A DNA stretch of 52,046 nt, filler included, from Sphacelaria rigidula (taxonomy: Eukaryota): NCBI GenBank assembly GCA_964200075.2. It is 3 parts of 3 records of this genome, joined end to end, with 100 filler letters (N's around TTAATTAATTAA, not from the genome) between each part and the next. Parts side by side here need not be neighbours in the genome. Positions count along the whole stretch, not along the records: positions 1 to 17,284 come from CAXNAA020001117.1; positions 17,385 to 34,666 come from CAXNAA020001118.1; 1 more part is not named here. The stretch is one strand, 5' to 3'. A program made the position numbers and the translations under genes. Under the pieces are notes generated by a model that was given only the letters and a program-made list of their open reading frames with translations, did no database searches and was not told the DNA's origin. This document shows, piece after piece, positions 11,101 to 21,676 of this stretch; positions within the stretch are counted from its first letter, which is position 1, and each line of letters opens with the position of its first letter.

Positions 11101-14100
11101 TCGACTATTGCGTCCATTGCATCAGACAGTTGATTCCATACTGTACGCAGTGCACGTTTTGACGATGTAATCTATTGTCCAGGGTGTGTGGTTTTACGCA
11201 CCTGACATGGGCTCTCGGGAGGCGAGGGGGGAGGAGGAGCATTTAGAAAAAGTCTTGACTCGTTTTCGTGAAAGGTTGGGTGTTGGATACTGACGGTCGG
11301 CTGCTATCTGTTTTATCCAAATCTTCACCGTCGAATATTCATATATATATATATATATATAGACAAAAAATATTAAGGGTCCGATGGGCGTGGTAGGTGA
11401 TGATGAAATGTCCCTGCGAAAATCATGTGGAAAGTCGAATGGTTGTTGAATGCATCGAGCAGTAGAATACCGCGAACGGCATTGTCTGACTGTTTTTTTT
11501 TTTTTTCCCTTAACGGTTTGACTGCTTTGTGGCAACATTACCAGCTAGCTAGTAGCGTCGTCTTGGCTGCTTATTGAAGTATCTCACTGTAAGACTAACC
11601 GCGTTTGTACTTCCCCCCTCCGGGGGGGCGGTATCGTGCCGTGTTGGGCGGTGGTGGTACCTCTCATGGTGCGCAACATCGAACGCCTTGAAGGCGCTTG
11701 ACATTCGGCGGAGGCTGCAGTGGGCGCTGCTTGTTGTGAGCGCGGACACTGCAATCATAGTCTCGGTCGTGTACTGGACCTTGCTCTACAACGGTTGGGT
11801 CGGCCAACTCAACTTCCAGGTAAGTTCTTGATTTTTCGACGCCCGGATCCTATCGTACTAGAGCACTTGGGCCGCACTTTACTCTTGTGCGTGGTAACCT
11901 GTGGGTTGCATCGGTTGTGTTATCGCAAAAATCAACAATGGAATTGTCAAATCACCATCTGACTCCTCGCAAGCGAATGTAGTCGAGGATGACATGTCCA
12001 CATGCGCTGGTGCAGTGTGCATGGTGGCCTTTAAAGAGCTTCCTACATCGTCAGCCGCTGCTCAGACAGGTGTCCTCCTGGTTGTAATGCTAAGCTTGGC
12101 ATGAAAAAAGTTGGTGGTTTTCTGGTTGTGGTGCTGAGGTTGGCATGATGAAATTGGCAACGCGGCGTGCGGATATATATATATTCCCCGCGGCAGCCAT
12201 TTATTTTCCTTCATCAAGCATTGAGATGACACTGCATGCTCACAGTCTGGATGGGCTTTCCTTCCAGCGAAGAAAAAAATCGTCCTCTACTACTACTGCT
12301 GACACGCGAGCGATCGAGTGCTGCTTGCCACGGCCGATGCATGCCACACAGCTCGATCGATGGTTTTGCCGCGATGTCGTACATGTCCCGCTCGAGATGA
12401 AGTGGATCCCGACATTTTGCTGGCACTCTCTTTCGTTCTACCGTATGTTGAGACAGCTTGTCTTGCAATTTTCTTGTATGGTCGGAGGAAACGTTTCCCG
12501 CGCCTGCCTGCGCGCGCCCTTGCCCTTGCACATTCATCCACACTGCGCCAGCTCCATTTGTTCAACACGGTGTTCATGATGCTGGACATTTTCCTCGGGT
12601 CAGCGCCGTTTGAGTGGAAGCATATAGGCATCACCTACGTCTACGGCTTAGCCTGTGAGTACAGCCTGAATCCCATACGGTGTCCGAGCTTAATACTATC
12701 GTGCCGTCGCTGAGAAAGCGTAGAGGTCTTCATGTGTTACGGTATGACTTTTTCGTGCTGTCGGGGATGTCATGGACCTGGGACGGTATGAAGTTGAGCT
12801 TACAAATTGATGGGTGTCTCCGTGCTGCATTATTCTCGGTTTGCCTTGGTGGCGTGCAGTTTCACCGGTGGACTACACGGCATGCTGTTCGGCTCTCTGC
12901 GTTTTCGATTTCTTCAAGGGCAGGTCGAGTAGAGTATACTCAATTGCGGGGTATTTTGAAAGACGTACTCGGGGTACTCAAATTAGGGTAGAGTGTTGGG
13001 AGTCGTACCCATAAAATAACGTGAAATAGATTCCTAAAACCCTACCCTCAATGTGTGTACTTCAGGTACAAGTTTCAAAATACCCCGCGATTGAGCATAC
13101 TCTACTCGACCTGCCCTTGGATTTCTTCACGAGCTGGTATCGCCGAGAAGCGTAAAATGCCTTCATCTCTTCTTTTTATCGAAATGTTCAGGCAGTATCT
13201 ATATATATCATCCTAAATGACCCACCTAGTGTTGGGAGGCAAGACGAATACAAACGCCGCGGCCTGGAGTGAATCGCCCCGCGCTATCGCATTCCCCAGA
13301 ATAATATCCATGTTCGCCATGACGTGAGAACCGCCAAACTGGAGGGCGGACGGTGTCCACACTGTCGTCGTATGTCCTATTTCGTGCACCACGAAGAAAG
13401 CTCCGACACTGGTGAGCCATTCGGCGCGGGGTCGTGAAGATGCTAGCCATTTTGGATCTCCACCTCTTGTTGTTGCTACACGGAAATGTGTTGACGTTGT
13501 CGCTTTTTTATTTGCCGGAGGTGCAAAGTCAATCACATCAACGGAGGGCGTGGCGATCCAGCACCCAGCGTCCAGAAACGGGCAATTGCTCTTTGTTCAT
13601 GAACGAAAAGTGAGCCGCGGGGTTACCATGCCTCCACGTTGTAGAAACGTCTAGAGTCACGGGTGAACAAGACATGAATGGCTGTGTTCAAGCGATGTGG
13701 GTCTTTCTCGGGGTCAACAAGTACTCCAGTCTTGCTCGGAAAGGCAAACGAAGAAGAATAGAAGCGTGCCCGTCATTTGTGTACAGAGTAAGACAAACGC
13801 TTTCACATTCCCCGCGTAACGGCCCGAGAGTCGCCCAATCTACCCACTCCAACGAGCCGCTGGGAGATCAGATGAACCGAGCGTACGCGACGACTGCAAT
13901 ACGCAGCAATTTGCCGAGTTGCTGCTCGTGCTTACCCCGTCTAGCTGCGGCTGGCAGCAGCGTCATCGGGGGCACAAGCCGCCAAGCAACTTCTGCACAC
14001 AATCTAGAGCTCAGGTGTATTCAACTGGCACGTCTCTCCGCGTATGTGCTTGTGTAGTACTGTCTATCTTGTACTGTACGCTCGTTGTTGGCCATCACCC

Positions 14101-16252
14101 CCCTTCAAAGACACGTCGTTACTGCCTTGGCGTCGAGCTCGGAGACATGTCTATCGCTGATTGAGTTAGGTGCAGATAGGCGTATGACTTGAATGTGCTG
14201 TGCGGTGTGATCCTGTGCTGCGCTGCGCTCTACTGCCATTGTTTTGTACTGCTGAGGCATCGTGATCGGTGTCGCATGCATTGACTGCGCAGTTTTGAGT
14301 GCATGTAGGGTTGATTTTGATCATGTGCGTGATTCTCTTCACTGACGACCAGCCAGCAGAACGCCCTTCTGGTCGATCGTGAGGGTTTGGAACACAAGGG
14401 CTTTGCCAGGCGTAGCAAGCGGTTTTGGTATAGTATCTCAGTCGCCCCGGTCTTGCGGTACGCGAGTTTTTCATTATTACCTGTTGATACGTCCCATCGT
14501 ATGACGCTGATGCGGCATGAAGCACTGTGCTCCCTTTGCTTTTCGCCCGACCAGCTTTGCAGTTATGAGCCGAAACCCCGACTCGCATTTTCCTACCTAT
14601 GGTATCAGCAGCCGTGCTTCACCTTATTTTTTCGCTGTGAACTCCGAAACTGATTTGTTCGACGTAACTCTGATGTGATATGACCCGACAGTACACTAGA
14701 TATCGTACAGTACTGGCGCCTGAACTGTCAATATTAGTAATTTTTTCGTATTTGATGATTTTGTTAGGTTCTTTCGGTTGCCACAACTCATCGCATTGGG
14801 GATCTACAGATACTTGTATCCGTCCCACATTCCAAGGAAAATAAGTAATCTCTATTCAACAGTGACGGGCTGATCGGTCATCGAGGGTCCTGCACGTTTC
14901 AGCCCAGATTCTGACTTTTCGATATTTCGGTCGGTCAAGCTTGTCCCGATTGTATTTGTGAAGAAATGTAGAGGATTGTTTCTTGAAGTTGTACGTACTC
15001 ACTGCACTAGAGCCGAATAACTGTGCTTCACGGTCAAAAATACACTCCTGATATAGCGGGGTATCTACTTGTATCGCCCGATAACATCAAGTAACACTAA
15101 TTCGGGCACTAGGGGGGGAAGACGATCTGTTCAATTTACAAAAACTTGCCGACGCTAGCACTTTCGAGTTCTATCGAAGAGTTATCGCGAGAAAAAACCC
15201 CTTGTGAACAATGAATAATTCAGGCGCCCAGGACTAAATAATCTCGAACGTAGAAGACAAGATGAAAAGGAAGGGTGCCGGAGCGCGGTTTCTCTTGCCG
15301 CGGGCGTCAACATGCGTGTGTTTGTTTCGCTCATGGCTCCAACATTGGATGAGTGAAACGCGTGAGAAGTAATTGATATCATTCGTACAGCCAACTCATA
15401 TGCAAAACTCGCGCGCTAGCAGATACCCAAACAGCAGCTCGTTTCGTTTTCAGCTGATATGTCGTAATGCATGTGTGACACGCTGCGCTCTCGAAGCTCC
15501 ACGCGTGGAACTTGACAGTTTCTTTGCGTGGTACTAACTCACTTGTCTTGGGAGAGTTCGAAGTCTGCCAACACTTTACACACCTGCCATCTCCGCCGTC
15601 GTTGACCTGGGAATCTGTGCCATTTTGACAGATCTGGCGTTTGACATTGTATACTACATCATCGGGGGTATCTTCAACGACAGCTTCCAAGTAATTTATG
15701 ATTTTCTTGACTGGGGCAAGGCACCTGGCAAGGCTACAACGGTTGTGGTTGTAATCATGGTGATCATGCTTCCGCTGGCCCATGCGGTGCACGTGCTGAT
15801 CGCGCGCTGTCGAGAGAAACTGCGCAGTGCCCACCCCGATTGGGGCTGGCAGGTACGTCGAGCAAAGGGTTTCGAAAGTTCGTTTACCCTCGACCGCGTG
15901 TCGAATTTTTTGGGGAGGGCCTTTTTTTCTGCAAACGCCCTCGGTTGCTACTGTGGCCTTTCGTTCAGCAGCAACTTGCTTGCGTGATTGCGTTTTCCTC
16001 CATGAACTACGTCTGCACGTTCTGCGGACGATGCTTACCCCCAAATCGTTTGGTGCTGCCCCACCCCAGGGCACCGAGGAGGAAGAGCTGGAGAGAGTCA
16101 TGGAGGTAAGTGGTATGCGGGATGCCGACGTTTGGGCACCATTAGCAGCTGGCGGCGACGATCCGGATCTTTACGATAGCGAGGAGGAGGAGTTCGGGGG
16201 GAAGTCGGCCTTTTTCGTCGGGGCGAGAGAGGAAAAGTTTTCTGCGGTGTGA
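5085..16252 (+). CDS. FAR-17a/AIG1-like (rolling stone-like) multi-pass membrane protein, spliced gene; 5' end uncertain
   Basis: Phase-consistent GT-AG exon chain 5085-5155(?), 5760-5910, 6507-6531, 9536-9765, 11694-11819, 12552-12654, 15632-15852, 16070-16252(TGA). Joined product contains LKHHKPELFGSSRLL..YILVRALL, HWL|IFLTHWAY|ALQTFYFALA, AIIVSVVYWTLLY, Q|LHLFNTVFMMLD, VYGLAYLAF and IYDFLDW, the motif series I recognise for this family. Confidence 0.8.
5223..5530. mobile_element. MITE with TGTTTTCGTGAGATTGAGAGTAG-type TIR
   Basis: Imperfect TIRs; homologous copies at 17385-17583 and 36744-37042 in the opposite orientation. Confidence 0.75.
5760..5910 (+). CDS. AIG1-like gene exon (LTLKHHKPELFGSSRLLSQRSYILVRALLALNSLFWLVVSVRTFDNGHWL)
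   Basis: cgtag acceptor, TTG|gtgggt donor, 151 nt; first transmembrane helix. Confidence 0.8.
6507..6531 (+). CDS. AIG1-like gene 25-nt micro-exon (IFLTHWAY)
   Basis: CTAAC branch point at 6417-6421, no AG until aacag at 6506, G|gtgagt donor; phases 0 and 1 match both neighbours; encodes the conserved LTxW motif. Confidence 0.85.
7092..8889. mobile_element. Non-autonomous hAT-like DNA transposon (intronic)
   Basis: 16-bp perfect TIR CAGGGATGTGTACGGA...TCCGTACACATCCCTG, perfect 8-bp TSD TTATTTTG (7084-7091, 8890-8897), subterminal CGGATATCCGCTCCG motif arrays, no transposase seen. Confidence 0.9.
9536..9765 (+). CDS. AIG1-like gene exon (ALQTFYFALALASAASLW...RDGEN)
   Basis: ctgcag acceptor, AAT|gtgagg donor, 230 nt, phase 1 to 0. 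Confidence 0.75.
9789..11188. mobile_element. Short MITE (CACCCTGGACAATAG TIR) split by the nested element
   Basis: TIRs at 9789-9805 and 11172-11188; uninterrupted relative at about 38396-38537. Confidence 0.75.
9838..11094. mobile_element. Non-autonomous TIR element with TGT/TAT ends and 5-bp TSD, nested in a MITE
   Basis: About 52-bp TIR TGTGGGCGCGCCTGACCCCCCAAAATGGGCAAAAAA(A)GTGTCACCGACCAAAA; TSD ACAGT at 9833-9837 and 11095-11099. Confidence 0.85.
11694..11819 (+). CDS. AIG1-like gene exon (ALDIRRRLQWALLVVSADTAIIVSVVYWTLLYNGWVGQLNFQ)
   Basis: CTAAC at 11595-11599, first downstream AG at 11692-11693 (aag), CAG|gtaagt donor, 126 nt. Confidence 0.8.
12552..12654 (+). CDS. AIG1-like gene exon (LHLFNTVFMMLDIFLGSAPFEWKHIGITYVYGLA)
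   Basis: gccag acceptor, T|gtgagt donor, 103 nt; HxxN motif. Confidence 0.85.
12915..13119. mobile_element. MITE, CAAGGG-ended family with 8-bp TSD (P- or hAT-like)
   Basis: About 47-bp near-perfect TIR CAAGGGCAGGTCGAGTAGAGTAT..; perfect TSD GATTTCTT (12907-12914, 13120-13127). Confidence 0.9.
15632..15852 (+). CDS. AIG1-like gene exon (YLAFDIVYYIIGG...IYDFLDWGKAPG...WGWQ)
   Basis: gacag acceptor, CAG|gtacgt donor, 221 nt; IYxFLDW motif. Confidence 0.85.
16070..16252 (+). CDS. AIG1-like gene terminal exon, acidic tail (GTEEEELERVME...EEKFSAV*)
   Basis: cccag acceptor, phase 0, open to TGA at 16250-16252. Confidence 0.65.
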   Translation, partial: GTEEEELERVMEVSGMRDADVWAPLAAGGDDPDLYDSEEEEFGGKSAFFVGAREEKFSAV

Positions 16253-17024
16253 AAGTAGGGCGTGAAGACGAATAGGAGAGTTTTGAGATCATGGTGTTTT
16301 GTTGGTGTTGAGGATTATGTGCTGTCATCCCTACGTTTAGTGTCAGCTTGTTTGTGCAGGATCGTGAGTTTTCACGAGCTTGTGTGCCTATATGGGTTCC
16401 TCCATCTCCTCCCCATCGGTATAGCGTTCGGTTTTTGTTGATCAAAAGATTGCGAGCTGTTGAATGTTGCTGAAGAGCGTTGTGGTGGCTCCGGCTGCGA
16501 TCGGGGCGTATATATTGATGTGGTGGGCTGTTGCATGTTTCTTCTATGGTGTGCTTTACGTGTGTGTTGGTGAATGCGTTCGTGCATGAATGAGTGCCAC
16601 GGGAGGGTTGGCTCCGTAACGTAGCCAAGGCTTGCCCCAACACTGTTTCGATGCATCTCTTGGCAGTAGAAATCTAATAGTATCCTCCATCATGTATAGT
16701 TAATGGCAGCTTATAATCGAAGTGTAAACAGCTTGGCAGTGTGTACTTCTTAGTTGTTAGCTCCACTGTTTGCACCACTGCTTTTGCGTTTCCTGTTCGT
16801 CCGAGATAGCATACTCTCTACTGTAGTCGTTTTGATTTGTCATATAGCACTGTCCGAGGTTTGCATCATCCAAGAAAATACATGTATTACGCTGGCGAAT
16901 GCCATGCTGCCCATGAAGCTTGTAGGATGTAATTCGCCAGCTGGTGAACCATTCTTTTCGCAGCTATCATTGAACGGCCGGGCTCTGGGAACGACTTTCG
17001 CCTCCGCTTGTTCGTTTTTTTGTG

Positions 17025-17280
17025 ACAAGATTACAAGGGTCGGATAAATAATGATTCGTCTGGAAATTACTTGGTTTCAGTATCATGAGTCGACTCGTGA
17101 CAAATCAATCCCTCGGCTTTATTTCAGCCATGCAACCGAGGTACACGCAGCCCAGACATGTGGAATGGCGCCAAAGTTGCGCGGATACCCCTTGGATCAG
17201 CGATCAACTTTTTTCTCCCTTTTGGGCAATCAGGCCGAGGAATCCGTGAATTTGGGGATGTTGAGTCGTGAAGATTCTTC
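17025..17280. mobile_element. MITE-like repeat, homolog of 48620-48886
   Basis: Shared ATGAT(T/C)CGTC(T/C)GGAAATTACTTG..GTGGAATGGCGC.AAAGTTGCG.GGA. Confidence 0.6.
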
Positions 17281-17284
17281 ATAA

Positions 17285-17384
17285 NNNNNNNNNNNNNNNN
17301 NNNNNNNNNNNNNNNNNNNNNNNNNNNNTTAATTAATTAANNNNNNNNNNNNNNNNNNNNNNNNNNNNNNNNNNNNNNNNNNNN
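17285..17384. other. Artificial contig spacer
   Basis: 44 N + TTAATTAATTAA (stops in all frames) + 44 N. Confidence 0.98.
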
Positions 17385-17583
17385 AAGATGCTCTCTGTAC
17401 TGTAGGAGCTTGCCACTGAGACCCTTGATACCCCTGAGCAAGATATCGACGTGTAGCTGTATGCACACGTCAGTGCCAGAGGCGAAGAAAAGCAGGCATG
17501 CAATGAAAAACTGGCTTCGTTGAAGCGAATAAATAGTAAGAGCCACTCTCAATCAGCGCTCTACTCTCAATCTCACGAGAACA
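17385..17583. mobile_element. Truncated copy of the 5223-5530 MITE family
   Basis: GATATCGACGTGTAGCT...CTACTCTCAATCTCACGAGAACA. Confidence 0.7.
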
Positions 17584-17621
17584 TTGTAGTCGCCGTCCAC
17601 TGTTGAACATGGTGTGAGATA

Positions 17622-17713
17622 AAATTCCAGTTCGTGTGACTGGACTGAGGTTCGAACCAAAGACCCAACCGTCATAAGGTTTGGGGGTTACCAACTGAGA
17701 CACCAGAGCGACC
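17622..17713 (-). mobile_element. tRNA-derived SINE head
   Basis: Minus strand GGTCGCTCTGGTGTCTCAGTTGGTAA..GGTTCGAACCTCAGTCC carries A- and B-box-like motifs but no good acceptor stem. Confidence 0.55.
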
Positions 17714-20700
17714 GTCTACCGACTAAAACATGAAAAATAGAAGCCGGCACCTCATGACGAAAAAACGCATGTATGGCAGAGCAAGAGCAGCAGCATAGAC
17801 AGGAAAAGGGAACGACATGCGGGCAAGATCACAACATACTTCCGGTGTGCGCCGAGGTTGGACGGAGAGTCGCTCCACGATTCAATTGTCAAGTGACCTG
17901 TATACGGTGAGAGGTGGCATCTCCGACGGTCAAAGGGTCACAAAGAGATCCCGTTTCACCGTATTCTAAAAGCAAGGGGAAAAGTGCACCTATCTCAGAG
18001 CCTCTGTGGGAACGATTCTGACAGTCCTGTGCGCGGTGTGACATGGGCGCACGAAGGGTCTACCGCCATGGCGAGGAAAGAAGGCGGAAAACACCATGCA
18101 GAGCACTGCCGTGGGAGCGATGCTCCCGAAACCTCCTGAAGGGGAATCATGCCATGCTGCTTTGTCGGAGCTTCAGAGAACGAATTGACCCCGTTCGCTG
18201 TACTCTAAAATCAAGTGTGAGCAAATGCTGGCCTCTCAGAGCTTGTGGGAAAGCCGTTCAGCCGTAGTCTAAAACCAAGTGAAAAAAGTTCACCTGCTTC
18301 CAAGGCTACTCAACGGCGAAAAAGATAAATGAAGTAATTGCTATATATGCCGCACATCCTTCTGAAGCCCCAAAGGTGCATACAGCATTATGTTCATTAC
18401 TACCGGTGTTCCTTGTACTATTGCTCTGGGTGCAGCAGCAGCGACCATGCGTGTGCCGGCACTATTGTGTACCACGGCTGCACTCGTCGTTGTTTCCTAC
18501 ACGAACTCTGTCCCATACAGTCTCGTTTAGAGCGGCATCTTTTGCTTTCAGCATGTACTTTTACAATTTCGGGTTCGCGAAAGGAGTTCGAAGCACATCG
18601 TTCGAAGGAGTCCTCATTCATTTTGCGTTCTACATCGGGGCAATCTTCAACGCACATATTTATACACCTGCATTTATACTTCGATGTGACTCGAGAACCT
18701 GGCTTGTGTGCTGTCGAAAACGTGGAATTTTTGTGAAACAAAGAGCTAAAAACAACCGATCGAACACAGCAGCGGCTGGAATGACACCGAGGATGATGTC
18801 GGTGCAACGGCAGAACCAGAAGCGAGAAGTCGCATGAAGGCAAAATTGATGGGTTGGATTCCTGCGCAAGATGTTTCGAACGATACAGGCACATATTATC
18901 TCCCCCGGGCACCCGATGTCACTGCTGTAGTTTCGTCTTTGAACTCGAACCCATGCTCACTCTTGAACACGCTTGCTGAGCGTTGCGTACCCGGTCGAGC
19001 GAGCGACCACTGAGTTTTTTTTTACGGTCTCTCTGTGTATTTCAACCGTGTGCTCTGTGTGCGTGTATGTTGTCTTGCTGTTTTGCGACAATGCCCCGCG
19101 CAAATAACGTAGTCGTCAAGCGTGGCTGCGAAATCCATGGGATAGTGGCAGCAATGCGGAGGAACCCACTAAGGATCATCGACAACAAGGCTCTACGCTC
19201 GGTGGTCAAGCAGCCTCTAGAGTGAACGAAGTTGCAGGCCTGCACATGAGAAGTACTGCCGCCGTCGACGGTTTACTTTTTTCACCATCAAACAGGTCAG
19301 GCATAAATTACATCCCCAATGAAAGGCCGCTGCCGTCTTATTTTTCTATGGAAGAAAAATACGTGAAAAAAAAACAAGAAGGCGCGACACCATATCGTTA
19401 CAATTTCATCGTATCCCAACATTATTTATTGTAGACTTACACACATGACAACTTGTGTAGCTGTGCAAAATGGGACCGAAAAAAGCTGTTCAACACTCCC
19501 AGCACGCTCCCACGCAGGTTTGAAGGAGTTTGTCAACATGTCGGAGTGTTCATGGCACACAGCAGCCGGTGAGGATATCCGTGGCTCAAAGTAAAAATCA
19601 TTTAGTAACTTTTAATTTTAGTATTAAGTGCTTGCGAAAACATTTGGTCATGTGTCAAACCTGTGAAGTTCCATTTATATCACACCCTGAACGAAAGATT
19701 ACATTGGCAAGAAGTGTACTGCGTAATGCGTACAGCATCGAACATCACCCTGTTGTAGTATGCGCAGTATTTGATACTGCGCCCGGTACACTTCTTGCCA
19801 ATGCAATCTGTTGCCCAGGGTGTGTTTGTATAGCTCACCAGTGATCTCGTCGTCCCGTACCCCATCCTACCGACGACAACTGACAGGAAAAGTCATGCCA
19901 TGATTTTCAAATAGTGAGAAGACGACATTTCTTCGCTCTTTTGAAACCATGACATGATCTCCGCTGTCAGTTGTCATAAATGTGATGGGATCCGGAACGA
20001 CGGGCTGAACAAAATAAGCAATTAAGGAGCACTGCACACGCGAACAATTGGCTCCTCCTCGAAATTCCACTTCCGCGTCTTCTTTCCTCTGGAGGGTAAA
20101 AGGCCCTCCGGAGGATAAAATACCCTCCATTGGGTCATAATGCCTCTGGAGTGGACAGTACACGAAGCCGCTACAGGACGCATGATCCCCTTGTGCACGT
20201 GATTTTTCTGATGGTGTTTCTGCGGAAAATTGGAGAAATAATCTTCTCCAGTATGCAAATTCACCTCGGGAGTTCGCACTACATCAAGCCTCTAGTGGAC
20301 AGTTGTGTCCTCCTGGCCTCCAGGGCACCCGCCGTTCAGAGAACCATGCAAACCCCACACAACTCATCCCCAGCTACCACCGCAACCCTGTAGCATAGAT
20401 CAGGAGTAGGGCACAGGGATAGATATACACTGTAGTAATTGGGTATGATGATGTCTTACTTTCTCGTTGGTGAGAGCTTAAGCATCTTTTTTCACGGTGT
20501 GGATCGGCGACGGAACTGCGTGGTACGGTGGCGGACGACCGACTTGCGTATACACTCATGGGCAGTGCGGGGGGCATACAAAGATGCACGTTGTTAAGTC
20601 ATTTCCACGTCGCACTGTAAGCAGAGAGTGCAGATAGTCCTGCACTGTCTGTACTGCACTTCGTCCGTCTCTATGACATCCTTCTGTACGGAAAACACAC

Positions 20701-21676
20701 AAACGCACAGTCCGGCTTGCACTGTTTGCAAGGTGTATAGCAGCTAACGGCATATAACACCCCCCAATCCGAACTTGCACGCATGCAAATTGAAGCGGTA
20801 CGTAGCGCATACCGCGTACTCTGCAGTACAGCACCGCACGTTCCTGCCCGGTATGGTACGGTCCAGTATAGCACCATGCCGTGCTTGTACTGATATCAAA
20901 GTGCAAACCGGGACCAAAATCATTCGATGCGACCTTAATTTGTTCCAACTTGTTTTTTTGTACAAATAATGGAACCGTGCACTGGGGACTATGGGATTTC
21001 CGGAAGTGACGTATCTGTAAATAGAGCGTACATTCAAGGCACCAACTATCAACGACTGTCCCTTCGTGGCATGGCCGTGTGTATGTATACTGGCAGCCAG
21101 TATATAGGATTTCCAGACAAGAGGCTGTCGGAAAATTCTCCTTCTACCCAATAATTGCTAAGAATCGGCGGGCAAGAAAGACGAGGATTTTTTTATTGTT
21201 TCTGCTGTGATTCGAATCTCACAGACTGACAGCGGTACAGTAGATGGGATTCCTTCAGCAGAGGCTGGTCGACAGTCCTCCTTTTCCCCAATATCAGGGT
21301 AAATTGGAGGGCGAAATGAGGACTTTCGAATAGCCTCTGCTGTACAAATGTCATAGATGCTGTAACGAGTATGGGATTCCCACAGCACGAGTCCCTTCAG
21401 AAACAATGCGGAGGATTTCAATATTGGCACAAACCGCCGAGGGTGACCCCAAGATTGAAAATCGTCTAGAGAATTGCGAGAGCCTAAGATCCTGTAGTGG
21501 GGAGTTTTAGAACGGACGGCATGTCGGGACACGTTTGGAAATCCACTACAGTATTTTCGAGCCTAGCCGAATGGCCGCGTGTGTGTGCAGGTTCGGCAAA
21601 TAGTCATTCGTTCTCGCCAACACTCCTGACGATTTGATGTTCGTATTCTCATGTTGGAAGTAAACTTAAAATACAG

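Noticed and set aside
17622..17713. Functional tRNA gene
   Set aside because: A/B boxes present but the acceptor stem does not pair well; better read as a SINE head.
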